From NCBI GenBank assembly GCA_026023565.1, contig JAPETS010000002.1:1426001-1477223 (forward strand): a DNA stretch of 51,223 bases. The letters are read 5' to 3'. Positions 41,098-51,223 of this stretch are shown here, piece after piece. The notes under the pieces are model-generated. The model saw nothing but the letters and a program-made list of their open reading frames with translations, ran no database searches and had not been told where the DNA came from. Source of the stretch: Cirrosporium novae-zelandiae (lineage: Eukaryota). Position 1 is the stretch's first letter; each line of letters begins with the position of its first letter. The position numbers and the translations under genes are program-made.

Positions 41098-43387
41098 GAT
41101 GATACGGTTGAAGTTGGTATTGCTTAAAGATATAACTTTCGGCGTAGGAGGGGAAAATTTTTGGCTGGGCGTTTCTCAACCCTAGAAATGAGGTTCTAGT
41201 TACCTAGGTACCTAGGTGCCTGGTAAAATCAGCCTCAACTCGAGAAACATGGAACCAACTTACCGCAGGTAGCCAATTCACTGGTAATCATTCTCCATCT
41301 CGGTTGGATTTATTCATTTCAATTAGATCTATCCATCTTAGGCATGTCCACCATTAGGTTGAATGACTCACAATCTCACAATCCACTGTTCATACAGAAT
41401 CTTTAGATATATCCTCGCTTCAACTTCAAGCCACAAACTCCAAATGACTCCCATGCTGATATCTTGACGAAACAATTCAAACTGATCGAAATCATTACGT
41501 TTTGGCTGATGAATTCACAGATATGGCATGGTTTGGTGAATGACTAATATCTTGATTGTTTTAGCCATCTCTACAGAATGCGAGACTATTCAGCAGTGCC
41601 AAACACCTCCCCAGAGACCAGCCAGAGACTTGAGCACATCTCGGTGAGAGTATTATTGGTACAAATGGATGCTTGGGGAATTGGATGTTGCGAGCTTAGG
41701 GGAAGCAAGGGTAAGCAAGCTTCTAGATATATAGGAACTTACTGACTTTGACTCTTCATGTATTCAGATCCTTTACCCTTGGTGTCTAAATCCAAATTTG
41801 GCCTCGAGTTCTCGCATACGATTTCTATATTACAATTGCGAAGAGTTTGGGAATTGAGGGTAATCAGCAGCAGAATGCCGCATGTCTAGGTACATGTACA
41901 ATGGAGTATGTTATCTTAGCTCTTGTGGTATGCCCAACTAGCTAGCTAGGGTATGTCATTCTAGCTAGAGGCCGGCTTCCCAACTACTATAGCTAGATAG
42001 TATTCTAGCTTTTATAGCATAGCTAGCTGGAATGTCGCTGGTAGGATAGGAAGATTAGTGAAAATCATCGTCGGAATTTTCTCCAAGACCCTAACTTATT
42101 ACCTAGGTAATTATTTACTGGCCAATCAAACCTCTGCTCCATCATGTCACCAACCATAGACCAACCAGACCAAGGATATCAATCCAGTCAATCTAATCAA
42201 CCTAATTTATTCCCTTCCCTGTCTAATCTCTCTTCCCAATTCTTCGAACCACAACCTTATGGCTACTATAAATGGTTAGAAGGCCGTCCTGTTAGATGGT
42301 AAAATATGGATATCTTCGATGTCAGGGTCGGCTATGTCCTTGGATCAAGGACGCGATATGGAATGCTAGAGAGAAGGATGCTGAGATGAAACACAATGAC
42401 GCTGATGAGATATCGTGGTTATCTCATATGTTCTCATGCTCTTCATCGAGATTGACGTTCAGCCTACTTGTCGCAACATTCGATTCATCCCATATCAAAT
42501 TGTCCTTTCACTAATCCCTTGCCTATTATCCATCAATCTAACAAAACCTCCCTATACATATACATTGTAGCTGGAAGACTGTTCATTATCCCATTGTCCA
42601 TCTTTGGGTCTATCGTTTCTGATTGGCCATATTCCCAAAGGTTCCTGTCTGAAAGGTCACCATCTAGTCATTGTCTGGCTTCTCGGCGTTGGGTCGGTTG
42701 CCTTGTAGTCGCTCGTTATTAATGGTGTCAAGTGGAAACCACTCTCTCCATCGAATAAGACGTCTGCCATCCACATTTATTGGTGTCATAGATATGTAAG
42801 ATATGCTCACTCGGCAATTGAAGAGTAGGGTTTGTAGTGAAATATCAGAAGCTGAGGCTGAATATTCCGAAGGACATCACAACGATAGGCAATCAATACT
42901 ACTTTGTATCTAAGAATCAAAATATTGCCCTCCCCGTAAAGGAAGGCGGAGTGACAGGTCATCACATTGCTGAAGATAGGTGAGATAATCCTGAACTTGC
43001 AGACGATAGCGTTTCGGTTCAACGAAGGTGAGGGAAAAGTGGGATGCAGCTGCGGCGGCAGACATGATTGCAGAGAAAAGAAGGTTGTTGGATGGCAGAA
43101 GAAGACCAGAGTCCTACGTAATAGTTTATCTAGTTGCAATCCGCCTATAGATCTCCTTGCAAAGCTCCATTACCTTTACTAAGCAAAGTAAGAGGTTTTA
43201 TCAAAGACTTCCTTATTCCTCATTGGCAGGCAGATCAAAGAAGTCACATTTTGAACAGAGTTGATGGAGATTGATACCACAACTGTTTCCCTGATGGAAG
43301 GCATTATCAAACTAATCCTTCTCTATTACTCTGAAAAGGCCCCTTTAGGTCTTCTTTCTCTACTCAGGTCAGATATGAACTATGATA

Positions 43388-44820
43388 CTAGGCGTCTACG
43401 TTCACCATTTTCAACACTACCAGAATCAATAGTACATTCGCAGGAAACATGGTCCAAACGAGGCGTTTCTGTTGATCTCGGATCACCTCATCTGCGAGCT
43501 GCACTCGACGATCGAGTTCGCTGAGATTGGCTCGGGGAGGAGGAAGGCGTATTACTTTAGATGAGGGAATTGGAATTTTCATGGAAATCGCTATCATCGT
43601 TGCCTTCAATCGAATCTTCATCTTCAGTAGTCGGAGACTGTAGCCAAGAAGAGCCGTAACTTTGGGGAATATTCCAAGATATGAGTTAACTAAGTATATT
43701 TATCGGTCTTGTCCAAGGTTCTATACAGCTGTATCCCGACGCCATGTTCAACCAGTTTGAGCTATTTCCAGAGTATGTCGGAATATTCGATTTTCAGCTG
43801 TCGCATGCGGAGCTTGGGCATTTTGGCGCCAATGGTATGGCCATTGATAGGAGTAATACGCGAAGCGTATGTCCATCGCCAGAGAAATTTCTCCTAGATT
43901 TTTGAGATACGTTTCCCTTGGATAAGTGCATTAGGTTCCTTCGTAATGAGGTTAGGCACTGCGGAGTAGGTCAATATCAGTTCTGCTGCCGGATACTTGG
44001 CCTCTAACTCAAGGGATTGTCGAACGTCAGTTGATCTTTGGACGTGGTAGCAGCGATATCGTCAGACCAATTAGACCTTGGACAATTAAGGTCTGGTTGG
44101 CTTATCAAAAAGCTCCGTCTGGTCGGTCTAAGGTCTATAGACCGTTCATGGTAGACCGTCTATTTGATCCAGTCTATTGCCAACACTGGTTGTCTTCACG
44201 GGCAAGATATGTGTGGATGATAATATAGTCAGAGAATGTCACATATTTAGCAGGCTTAGAAAAAATATGCCTCTTATTTTGTCTTTCTTTTTTGACTGTA
44301 ACGGGTGCTATTCTAGGCGATTGTAGTTTTAGTGGTAGTGGGGATGGCTTGTGTAAAGCCTGTTTTGGGGGACGAAGAGGTAGCAAGTCTATTATAGAAG
44401 CTGGACTGCTGAGTGAATGATGCTGAGTGAATACATAGTCTTTAGTTTCTAGCAAGCTACCCGTCTAGACATCATTGACAAACGTCTATCAGGCCAGAGA
44501 TTATTCCTTATCCTGGTATTCAGAAATTGGAGATGAAGGGATGGACCGTTGAGAACTGGGAGATTTCGGGTTTGGGGATCTTCTTCATTCCCCATCCATC
44601 TTGTCATTCACTGCCATCGGGTGAAGTCCGGTCAATAAAGCTCGGAGGTTACTATAGTATTTCGTTCCTGAATCCTTTTTATCTCTGATAGACTTAACCC
44701 TGGAACGTTGGTGCTTGCATGGTCTTCCAGGGTATCTAAAGGGTATAATGGAGCGACGACAGGTTCAAGGATTCGGCGACAGCCCCATGAAAAGTTTGAG
44801 TGTGAATATGGACAGGGCAT
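43388..44820 (-). pseudogene. Heavily degraded coding relic(s) of unknown family
   Basis: A protein-like frame around 43690-44040 (RSTDVRQSLELEAKYPAAELILTYSAVPNLITKE...RISKI*EKFLWRWTY...ILWK*LKLVEHG) carries in-frame TAGs at 43894-43896 and 43762-43764. Upstream is an MPCPYSHSNFSWGC start-like segment. Boundaries approximate. Confidence 0.3.
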
Positions 44821-46427
44821 TGATGTTGGAAGGCTTTGGATTATTCGACATCTAAATACAACAGTTATTTAGTATAAATGATGCAACGTACCGATTTCAT
44901 TTCTTTGAGATCTTGAATAGGGAGGATACGCTCACAGTGCTCATCTTAAAGTGTGACAATGTGACAATGTGAAATGTATTTGTAGGTATTGGAGTTAGAA
45001 AAGACCTGCAGCAAGTTCATTCTGTTGCGAATAGTTATAATCATCGGATGGCATAAATACTAAGCTTGCTTCGACTATTAAGAGCGATAATGATTGGCCA
45101 TAGTGGTATCAGCGTTCTTCTCTGATGATTTGGGTTGTAACTCATGTTAGGAAAGGGACTGGCCAAAGATTTGGCTGTAACCTTGTACCAACACACTCTT
45201 ATCAGATCATGATTTTCCCTATTTCAGTTGTAATATTCACCAACCGTGAAGAAGGATGGGTCCTACTTGTTAACAAATCAAGATCCTGAAGAGAAGGATG
45301 TAGAGAGTAGAGGAACGTACTGAACGGTCCAGTTACAAGCTCACATGCCACATCGAAGCTCCCCTCAACATGTGTTTAAGCCTGGTCTAGCGATTAGAGC
45401 TTCTTGAGGGGATGAGAGAAATACCTGGTTTTGCACTCACAGCGGACTTGGTCTCCAGCATTTCTTCCAATAAACTCTGATGCAGGAGAACGTTATAAAT
45501 CATCACTGATCAATCCCATATCCTAAGACTCTAAAATCGACTGCTACCCAACTGGAGCACCCCAACCCAACCAAAACACTTTGACCTGACTTTTAGTGAT
45601 CTCCAAGATGCAATATCTAGTACCCGCCTTTGCGAAAGACTTCATTTGACAGTGTCCCTTGGCATGCTGATCCGAGAGCCTACCAAACATGGCCTAAGAC
45701 TGGGATCTTCACTTCAACCAGGCATCTCGAACAGCACAGGTTACCGACCTTCGCCGGTGGTATTCTGGTTTAAGCATCTTGAGTTGCGAGGTCCAAAAGT
45801 CTAGGGAGCAGGTTGACGAAGGGATGCAATTGATATGTATTGCTTTGTGAAGTTCTCTTCTAGTTCAGATGCTTTCCATAGAAGTGAAGGATATTCCACT
45901 CCAATGCCTTGGCACTCCTTGGGTCATGTTCTTCGTATAACTTAATATAATGTGTCCTCATGCTATACTAAAGTTGTTTGCTGTCAGTCTAAGAAGAGAA
46001 TCCCTGCTTGCAAAAGCTATATCAACCACATGCAACTACTCAGCTTTTCAAACGAGCCTTCTCGAGTCGCTGGCCAGATTCATCTCATACTGTCTTCTAG
46101 GACAGTCTGGATGGACGGTAGATGGCTCACAGCCTAAAGTTTGCCGCGTGCGAGTCGATCAATCTCAATTGCTCTCGGAGATCTGGACTCGAGAGGTATG
46201 GAGACAAGTAGTTGGGATGGAACCCAAACACCCATTATAGAGACGAAGACAGCATTATTTAAAATAACGCTCAGCGGATAAACTCTATATTAGACTTGGA
46301 TGAAGTCTTTTTATCGAGGAATAAATATTATGTGTCGATCCTTGCTGAGCTCAGAGCTCAGTGAAGATCCTTATCCAGAATAGAATGTGTGGTGCACGGA
46401 CCGCCTGGCAATTATAACAATTTGGAT

Positions 46428-46664
46428 GAAGTTCTTACTTTTATTACAGAAGTTCCATATAATTGCGGAAGTTCCGTCTTAGTCTATACCGGCCACCTAT
46501 GCAATGTTTTTTGGAATTCCAAATAAGAAGAAACTTTGATAAAAATATCGCGAGAAATTTATAATACTCAAAGATCATGAAGTTTTGAGTTTTTGAATTA
46601 TTTTAACGATTTCTATAATGGAACTTTCACAAAACACGGAACTTCCATACTGGAACTTCCGTGT
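46428..46664. repeat. Cluster of GGAASTTCC-like quasi-palindromes with a 31-bp hairpin
   Basis: GAAGTTC at 46428, 46449 and within CGGAAGTTCCG at 46466; palindrome TTTGGAATTCCAAA 46510-46523; GGAACTT(T)C at 46620, 46638, 46652; hairpin ACACGGAACTTCCA-TAC-TGGAACTTCCGTGT 46634-46664. Confidence 0.75.
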
Positions 46665-46698
46665 AAAAACTTTTATCTGTAAGCTAGGTTATATTTTA

Positions 46699-48344
46699 TC
46701 AAATAATATTCCTATATATATGTCGAGCTCTTTTTATGGCTTGAAGCCGTTCTCTAACTTCTTCTACAGTCGCTATTGCTCCTGACATCATCGAGGGATC
46801 GACTTCCTCAGATATCACGGGTGGATCGGGAATTGCAGCCACATTTAGGAGAGCATTCTGCCGGGGGGTTACATGAGCCATTGGTGTATTTTCCATTGTC
46901 ACCACGCTTGACAAAGCATCCATCGCCTCCTGCTGCGAGTAGGTCACGATCTCCGGCATGCTATTCGTCATGGGGACAGCAATCAGCTGTGAGATGCTAT
47001 GTACGAAGAATTGCTCAACGCCGAATTGTCTATGAGCCCAAGTGAGGGCGGCGAGTCCATATGCCTGGTCTGGTCAGCCCTATCCACAACTCCATCATTG
47101 GAATCTAGGAATATTAAGCCTGTGATAACTTACACCATACTCAGTGCTAATCATTGTCTCGACTTCCAGTGCCAATTTTTCTTCGTTCTGGAGTAACCCA
47201 TCTGCTCTGATCCGTCGTAACACTTGCAACCCTTTTGGAAAGATCCGGCAGCTTTGAGAATTGCTCGCATATTTTCGAAACTTTCGAATCGTTGCTACTG
47301 GGTCTGTGCCTTCTGGGGCCATTCGAGTGATTGAGCTTTCGATATCACCCATCGTTGGCCCAGCGTATGTGAGCCGCCCACAAGCTTGTGATTGAGACGC
47401 CCAGGCCATGTTTTTCGATCCCATCTTGAGTGTAAGGTATATTTCGAACCCGTTGGCATCATGGTCTGCGAAGAACAGGAAAGGAACATCTTTTAATGTC
47501 TCGTCGCGGCTGAGACAAACAAGAAACTCTCGTGTGGCCTGGTCAGGGTATCCTGCAGTCTGCACATCTTGTCAGAACCATTTAGGAGGGTCATTTAATC
47601 AGAGAGCCTTACCATGACGAAGATGATATCTCGTAAACAGTTCTCCCCCTTTGCCACTCTATCCAATCCTTGCTTGATATTTCTGTGCTCTACTACAACC
47701 ACCGCAACAATTGGGCCGCGATAGCCCTTGGCCCGCCGCAAAGTGGTGCTTATGGTCGGCATTGGTATTTGCCGTCTTTCTGTTAGGGTCTCCACCCTTG
47801 TCCCACCCCCCTCCCTTGCCGAGTATTCAAATACATTACTAATGGTCATTGCCGCGAGTTTCCATCCTGATGGGATGGACACTTCCCCTTGACTTTCTGG
47901 TATGACACCTAGGGAAATCGGGTGAACGCCTATGGTGATTGCAATATCCTTGAGAAGCTTATTTGCTCTCTCTGCAGTTAACCCAGGCCGACGGAGCTCG
48001 TATCCGACCTTTCTTTCATTCTCCTGTGCATGATATGCCAGGCGAGATAACATCTGCCGTATGACGACAATTATTGTCGCCCAGTACTGCTTTTGCTGCT
48101 GCGTTTCTGTTCCTTTTTTACAGCCTTTTTTATATCTTGCCCAGATATGCTTTTCACCGTTCTCATCATCATTGTTTGCTTCATCCACTTTCACTAATCT
48201 AACCATTCCCTTTGCCTTACTATCAGATATTTCAATCATGGCAGACCCTTCTCGATCCAGCTCTGTTAACAACCTATGTAGTTTGTTCACGAGAGTGGTA
48301 GATTGGGTTTTGGTCCTCCAATCAATTGAAATTCTTGCCGACAT
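46699..48344 (-). CDS. Divergent Spo11/topoisomerase VI subunit A-like protein (~507 aa, 3 exons)
   Basis: Exons 48344-47613, 47559-47134, 47064-46699 with canonical introns (GTAAGG..TCTGAC..CAG; GTAAGT..GCTGAC..CAG). Winged-helix-like ERKVGY...ANKLLKDIAITIGVHPISLGVIPESQGEV (cf. RDIYY...IDDIA.TLGV.R..L.V....KGLV). TOPRIM VVVVEH (cf. VLVVEK), TAGYPDQATREFL (cf. GKGYPD.ATR.FL), FFADHDANGFEIYLTLKMGS (cf. DxDPxG.EI..TYKYGS). Confidence 0.85.
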
Positions 48345-48806
48345 TGTAAAGATAGAAAGTCACAGAAAGTAATAAGCTGAGAGATGAAATCTGAAGAGTT
48401 ATTTGAAGAATTATATAGTTGTAAAGGAGATGAACACAGCCAGAAAACGTTGCGTAGAGCATTTGGGGGATTACGTAAATCTAATGAGGGAAGCCCAACA
48501 AAATCTTGTAGGGGATGGATCGCTATGAAGGCAGCAAGGCCTACTGTTTTAAGGTTTCGGAAGGTTCGCCAGGTCGCTTCAGCCGTTGGGTGGCAAAAAT
48601 ATCCCTTTTCCATTAGAATTATTAATATCTACTGCAACGGGAAGGAGCAAACCAAAGACGGAAGCGACAAAGGCAAGTAGAGTAGTAAAATAGGCCCAGA
48701 GGGCATGTAGTAATAACAAATCAATCAAGTTCACTGCGAGAAAATTGTACCAGTATCTTGCTAACTTTTTTTCTTCTATTAATCTTTGCATACCCCTATC
48801 CTCAAA

Positions 48807-50445
48807 ATGGCAGCTAAGCGTACACTTGATTCACAATTCACCGACCAAGCTGCCAAACGGCAGAACGTAGGAGATTCTTTCAATATATACACTGCGGTGT
48901 CCGAGGACCAGCAGCTAACCGACCTCTGGAACCTATGGGCCGCACCAAGAGACCCCTTGACCTGGAAATGGTGGAAAAGGTGGTATGATGTAAGAGAACC
49001 GTCGGAAGAGCTCCTACAAAGATGTCGAGAAGCTAGTACAAAGCCATCTACTAACCTGTATGTGACCCCGGAGAGTTTCTTGCTGGCGAATGCTGATCTG
49101 GAATAGTATTTCATTCGACACTGCCTGTGCCTCTGCTATTGCGTTTCGAGATATACGCACCGAAGCAATGACCGCCATCCCACCCCAACATGCCCTAGTC
49201 ATCGAAGCGGCGAAACGAGAATTGGATTACCTGACCTACATTTCTTGCCGAATCCCCAAGAAGATGATACTAGTACCAGATTTTCATGGAAGTGTATATA
49301 CCATCCTAAGGCTCTTGGAAACGGAAAAACAAAAAAAAACTGGAAATCGAAAAATTATGGCTATGGAAAGAGTACACAATTCTGAGTTATATAACGATTT
49401 CAACAAGGACGAGATGATAAATGTAGTGAACTCATGCCGAATCTTACCGGAAAACGAAAACCAAGTCTGCTGGAACGATGTTGTAGGTATGGAAGAAGTC
49501 AAGATGCAACTCACATCCTTTGCGTCCAAAATCACGTTTCAGCATTTGACAAAAAATTTCCGTGGGGGGAGGACAGGCCATCTCCTCTTTGGCCCCCAAG
49601 GCACTGGAAAGACCACCGTAGTTAAAAGTTTTGCTGCCCATCAGAAACTGTTGCTATACGACATCCCCATTAGCAAAATACTTTCGAAGTACGTCGGCGA
49701 CGGTGAAAAATTCATCACAACCATGTTTGACGTGATAAAACAAAATTCCCCTGCGGTATTACTGATAGATGAGATCGATGGTCTTTTCCGAGAACCAAAT
49801 GACACTTCCGTGGCAAGCCTCCACACTATTCAGGCGGAACTTAAAAAAAAATGGAGCGACATCATGGCCACCAATGAGAAGATCCTGATTATAGGAGCCA
49901 CAAATAAACCATGGAAGATTGATCTAGACGGCTTTGGCAGAAGGTTCTCCTCAAAGTCGTACGTTGGCCTTCCTACGCGCCAGGGCCTGATGGAGATATT
50001 TTCGCGTGTACTTATAAACATCAACCATCGGTTAACACCATCTATGGTGAAGTGCTTAGCTCACCTCGCCCACCAAAAGGGTTTAACCGGAGCCGACGTA
50101 GAAATGCTGGTGGAAAAAGGAATTGAAGTTGCAATCGGTCGTATAACGTCAAGCCACTTCTTCAAGCGTGTAAGTGCCACCTCCTTGACCCTACTACCTG
50201 ATGACTAACAACACTGGTTACAGGTTGAGTGGAAAGAAATGAGCTACTGGGCTCCATGTTCAGAGTCCGACCCAGATGGTGAGAAGAGAGACTATGAAAG
50301 TTTCTCCGACATTAAAGCCTTGTGTTACACAGCGGTAAGGCTCCCGGAGCTGTATAAGGTTGTCAAGGAGACAACGCCGTCCGTAAATAAGGATATGCTG
50401 AAGAAACACGAGGAATGGGCTATGACACAAGGGATTAAGATATAG
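48807..50445 (+). CDS. Divergent Vps4-like AAA+ ATPase (~511 aa, 3 exons), no recognisable MIT domain
   Basis: Exons 48807-49057, 49107-50169, 50224-50445. VCWNDVVGMEEVK, Walker A GPQGTGKT, pore loop SKYVGDGEK, Walker B LLIDEID, IGATNKPW..GRRF, GLTGADV. Vps4_C-like tail HFFKR|V...WAPCSESDPDG...TTPSVNKDMLKKHEEWAMTQG. Confidence 0.88.
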
Positions 50446-50780
50446 CATTTATACCATGAGTCTTGTAGAGTACCATGAAATGCATATAAATTGTCTAGTG
50501 GGGAAAGAAGAACCTGGCCTCTGAACTGTTTCACGATCTTAACCTAGCACTTATAAAATCAGCCATGGTTCTATCAATGATATTTAAGACCGATGGTAGC
50601 TATAAAGTCGCATGAACCATCCCTAACTTTTTATACAATAATGTATAAGTACGGAAGTTTCGTCTTTCCGGATATTTATAGACAAGAGCTTTTTGATAAG
50701 TTCTGTGGTACTTGATTATTATTCACAATGCAAGAGAGAAACACTTTAGAGAAGATGACAGAGCCCCTTTGAAATAAATT

Positions 50781-51100
50781 TCAATGTGCAAAAATGTAAT
50801 CAGTTAGGAGCCGGATTAACTATAATAATTTCCATGTCAATTAGTTGTGCAAAACATCTGAATTGAAGTAATAATAACCTTTCTCGGGAAGGCATGTTCT
50901 GCCACTTTTGCCCTGACTGTTCGTTGCCGCCCATCCGCAAACAAAACGCCATATATGCCTCTATGGCGATTCATGAACCTCAGTCCCACCACCTGGTCCT
51001 CCCATTCCCCAGGACCAGGGTCCGTATATGCTCTTCCTTTTTTATATTCGTCTTTGTCTTCTTGTTCATCATGGCTGTCTACTTCGTCACTATCGCTATT
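50781..51100 (-). pseudogene. 3' remnant of an HP1/Swi6 chromo-shadow-like gene truncated by the telomere
   Basis: A minus-strand frame runs straight out of the telomere repeat with no ATG: NSDSDEVDSHDEQEDKDEYKKGRAYTDPGPGEWEDQVVGLRFMNRHRGIYGVLFADGRQRTVRAKVAEHAFPRK|intron 50820-50878|LIRLLTDYIFAH*. Compare fungal HP1 CSD PP.GSWED.V....L.W.NG.KT......YK.CPQKML.FYE.H. Confidence 0.55.
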
Positions 51101-51223
51101 TAGGGTTAGGGTTAGGGTTAGGGTTAGGGTTAGGGTTAGGGTTAGGGTTAGGGTTAGGGTTAGGGTTAGGGTTAGGGTTAGGGTTAGGGTTAGGGTTAGG
51201 GTTAGGGTTAGGGTTAGGGTTAG
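51100..51223 (+). repeat. Telomere (TTAGGG)n, chromosome right end
   Basis: 20 perfect TTAGGG units plus TTAG to the end of the window; G-rich strand runs 5'->3' toward the end. Confidence 0.99.

Noticed and set aside
46634..46687. Helitron 3' end (hairpin followed by CTAG at 46684-46687)
   Set aside because: CTAG is followed by G rather than T, the spacing is long, CTAG is very common here, and no Rep/helicase sequence is seen.
48807..50445. Pch2/TRIP13 identity for the AAA ATPase (tempting next to Spo11)
   Set aside because: WNDVVG, SKYVGDGEK, ATNKPW and the PCS..DP / PSVN....KHEEW tail are Vps4/meiotic-clade features, not Pch2.
41400..51099. Telomere-linked RecQ helicase or Starship tyrosine-recombinase captain
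   Set aside because: No helicase motifs (DEAH etc.) or DUF3435-like ORF recognisable in any frame I read.
50894..51103. Plus-strand 69-aa ORF MFCHFCPDC...
   Set aside because: Antisense shadow of the better-supported minus-strand chromo-shadow-like frame.

Overview
Right-hand chromosome end of a filamentous ascomycete (Pezizomycotina-type GT..AG introns with CTRAC/CTAAT branch sites; terminal (TTAGGG)n at 51100-51223). Bases 1-21.4 kb hold ordinary, mostly conserved genes: an ING/PHD protein, Psf3, a phytase-type acid phosphatase, Yme1, a class I/II aminotransferase, Vph1, Dlt1 and an Apd1-like protein. Bases 22-46 kb are a decaying subtelomere. It contains pseudogenes (a trypsin-fold/DUF6590 fusion, an SRPK-like kinase, others), a possible MoTeR-like retroelement relic, a small secreted Cys-rich gene missed by the ORF track, and an SDR / PTH11-like / TRI12-type MFS trio. 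The last ~4.7 kb is the most unusual part: an intact, strongly diverged Spo11/Top6A-like gene, head-to-head with an intact Vps4-like AAA ATPase lacking a recognisable MIT domain, followed by an HP1 chromo-shadow-like gene whose coding sequence is cut directly by the telomere. A 93%-identical dead fragment of the Spo11-like gene lies 8.8 kb inward, so the gene has been multicopy. All family calls come from motif recognition by eye; no searches were run.
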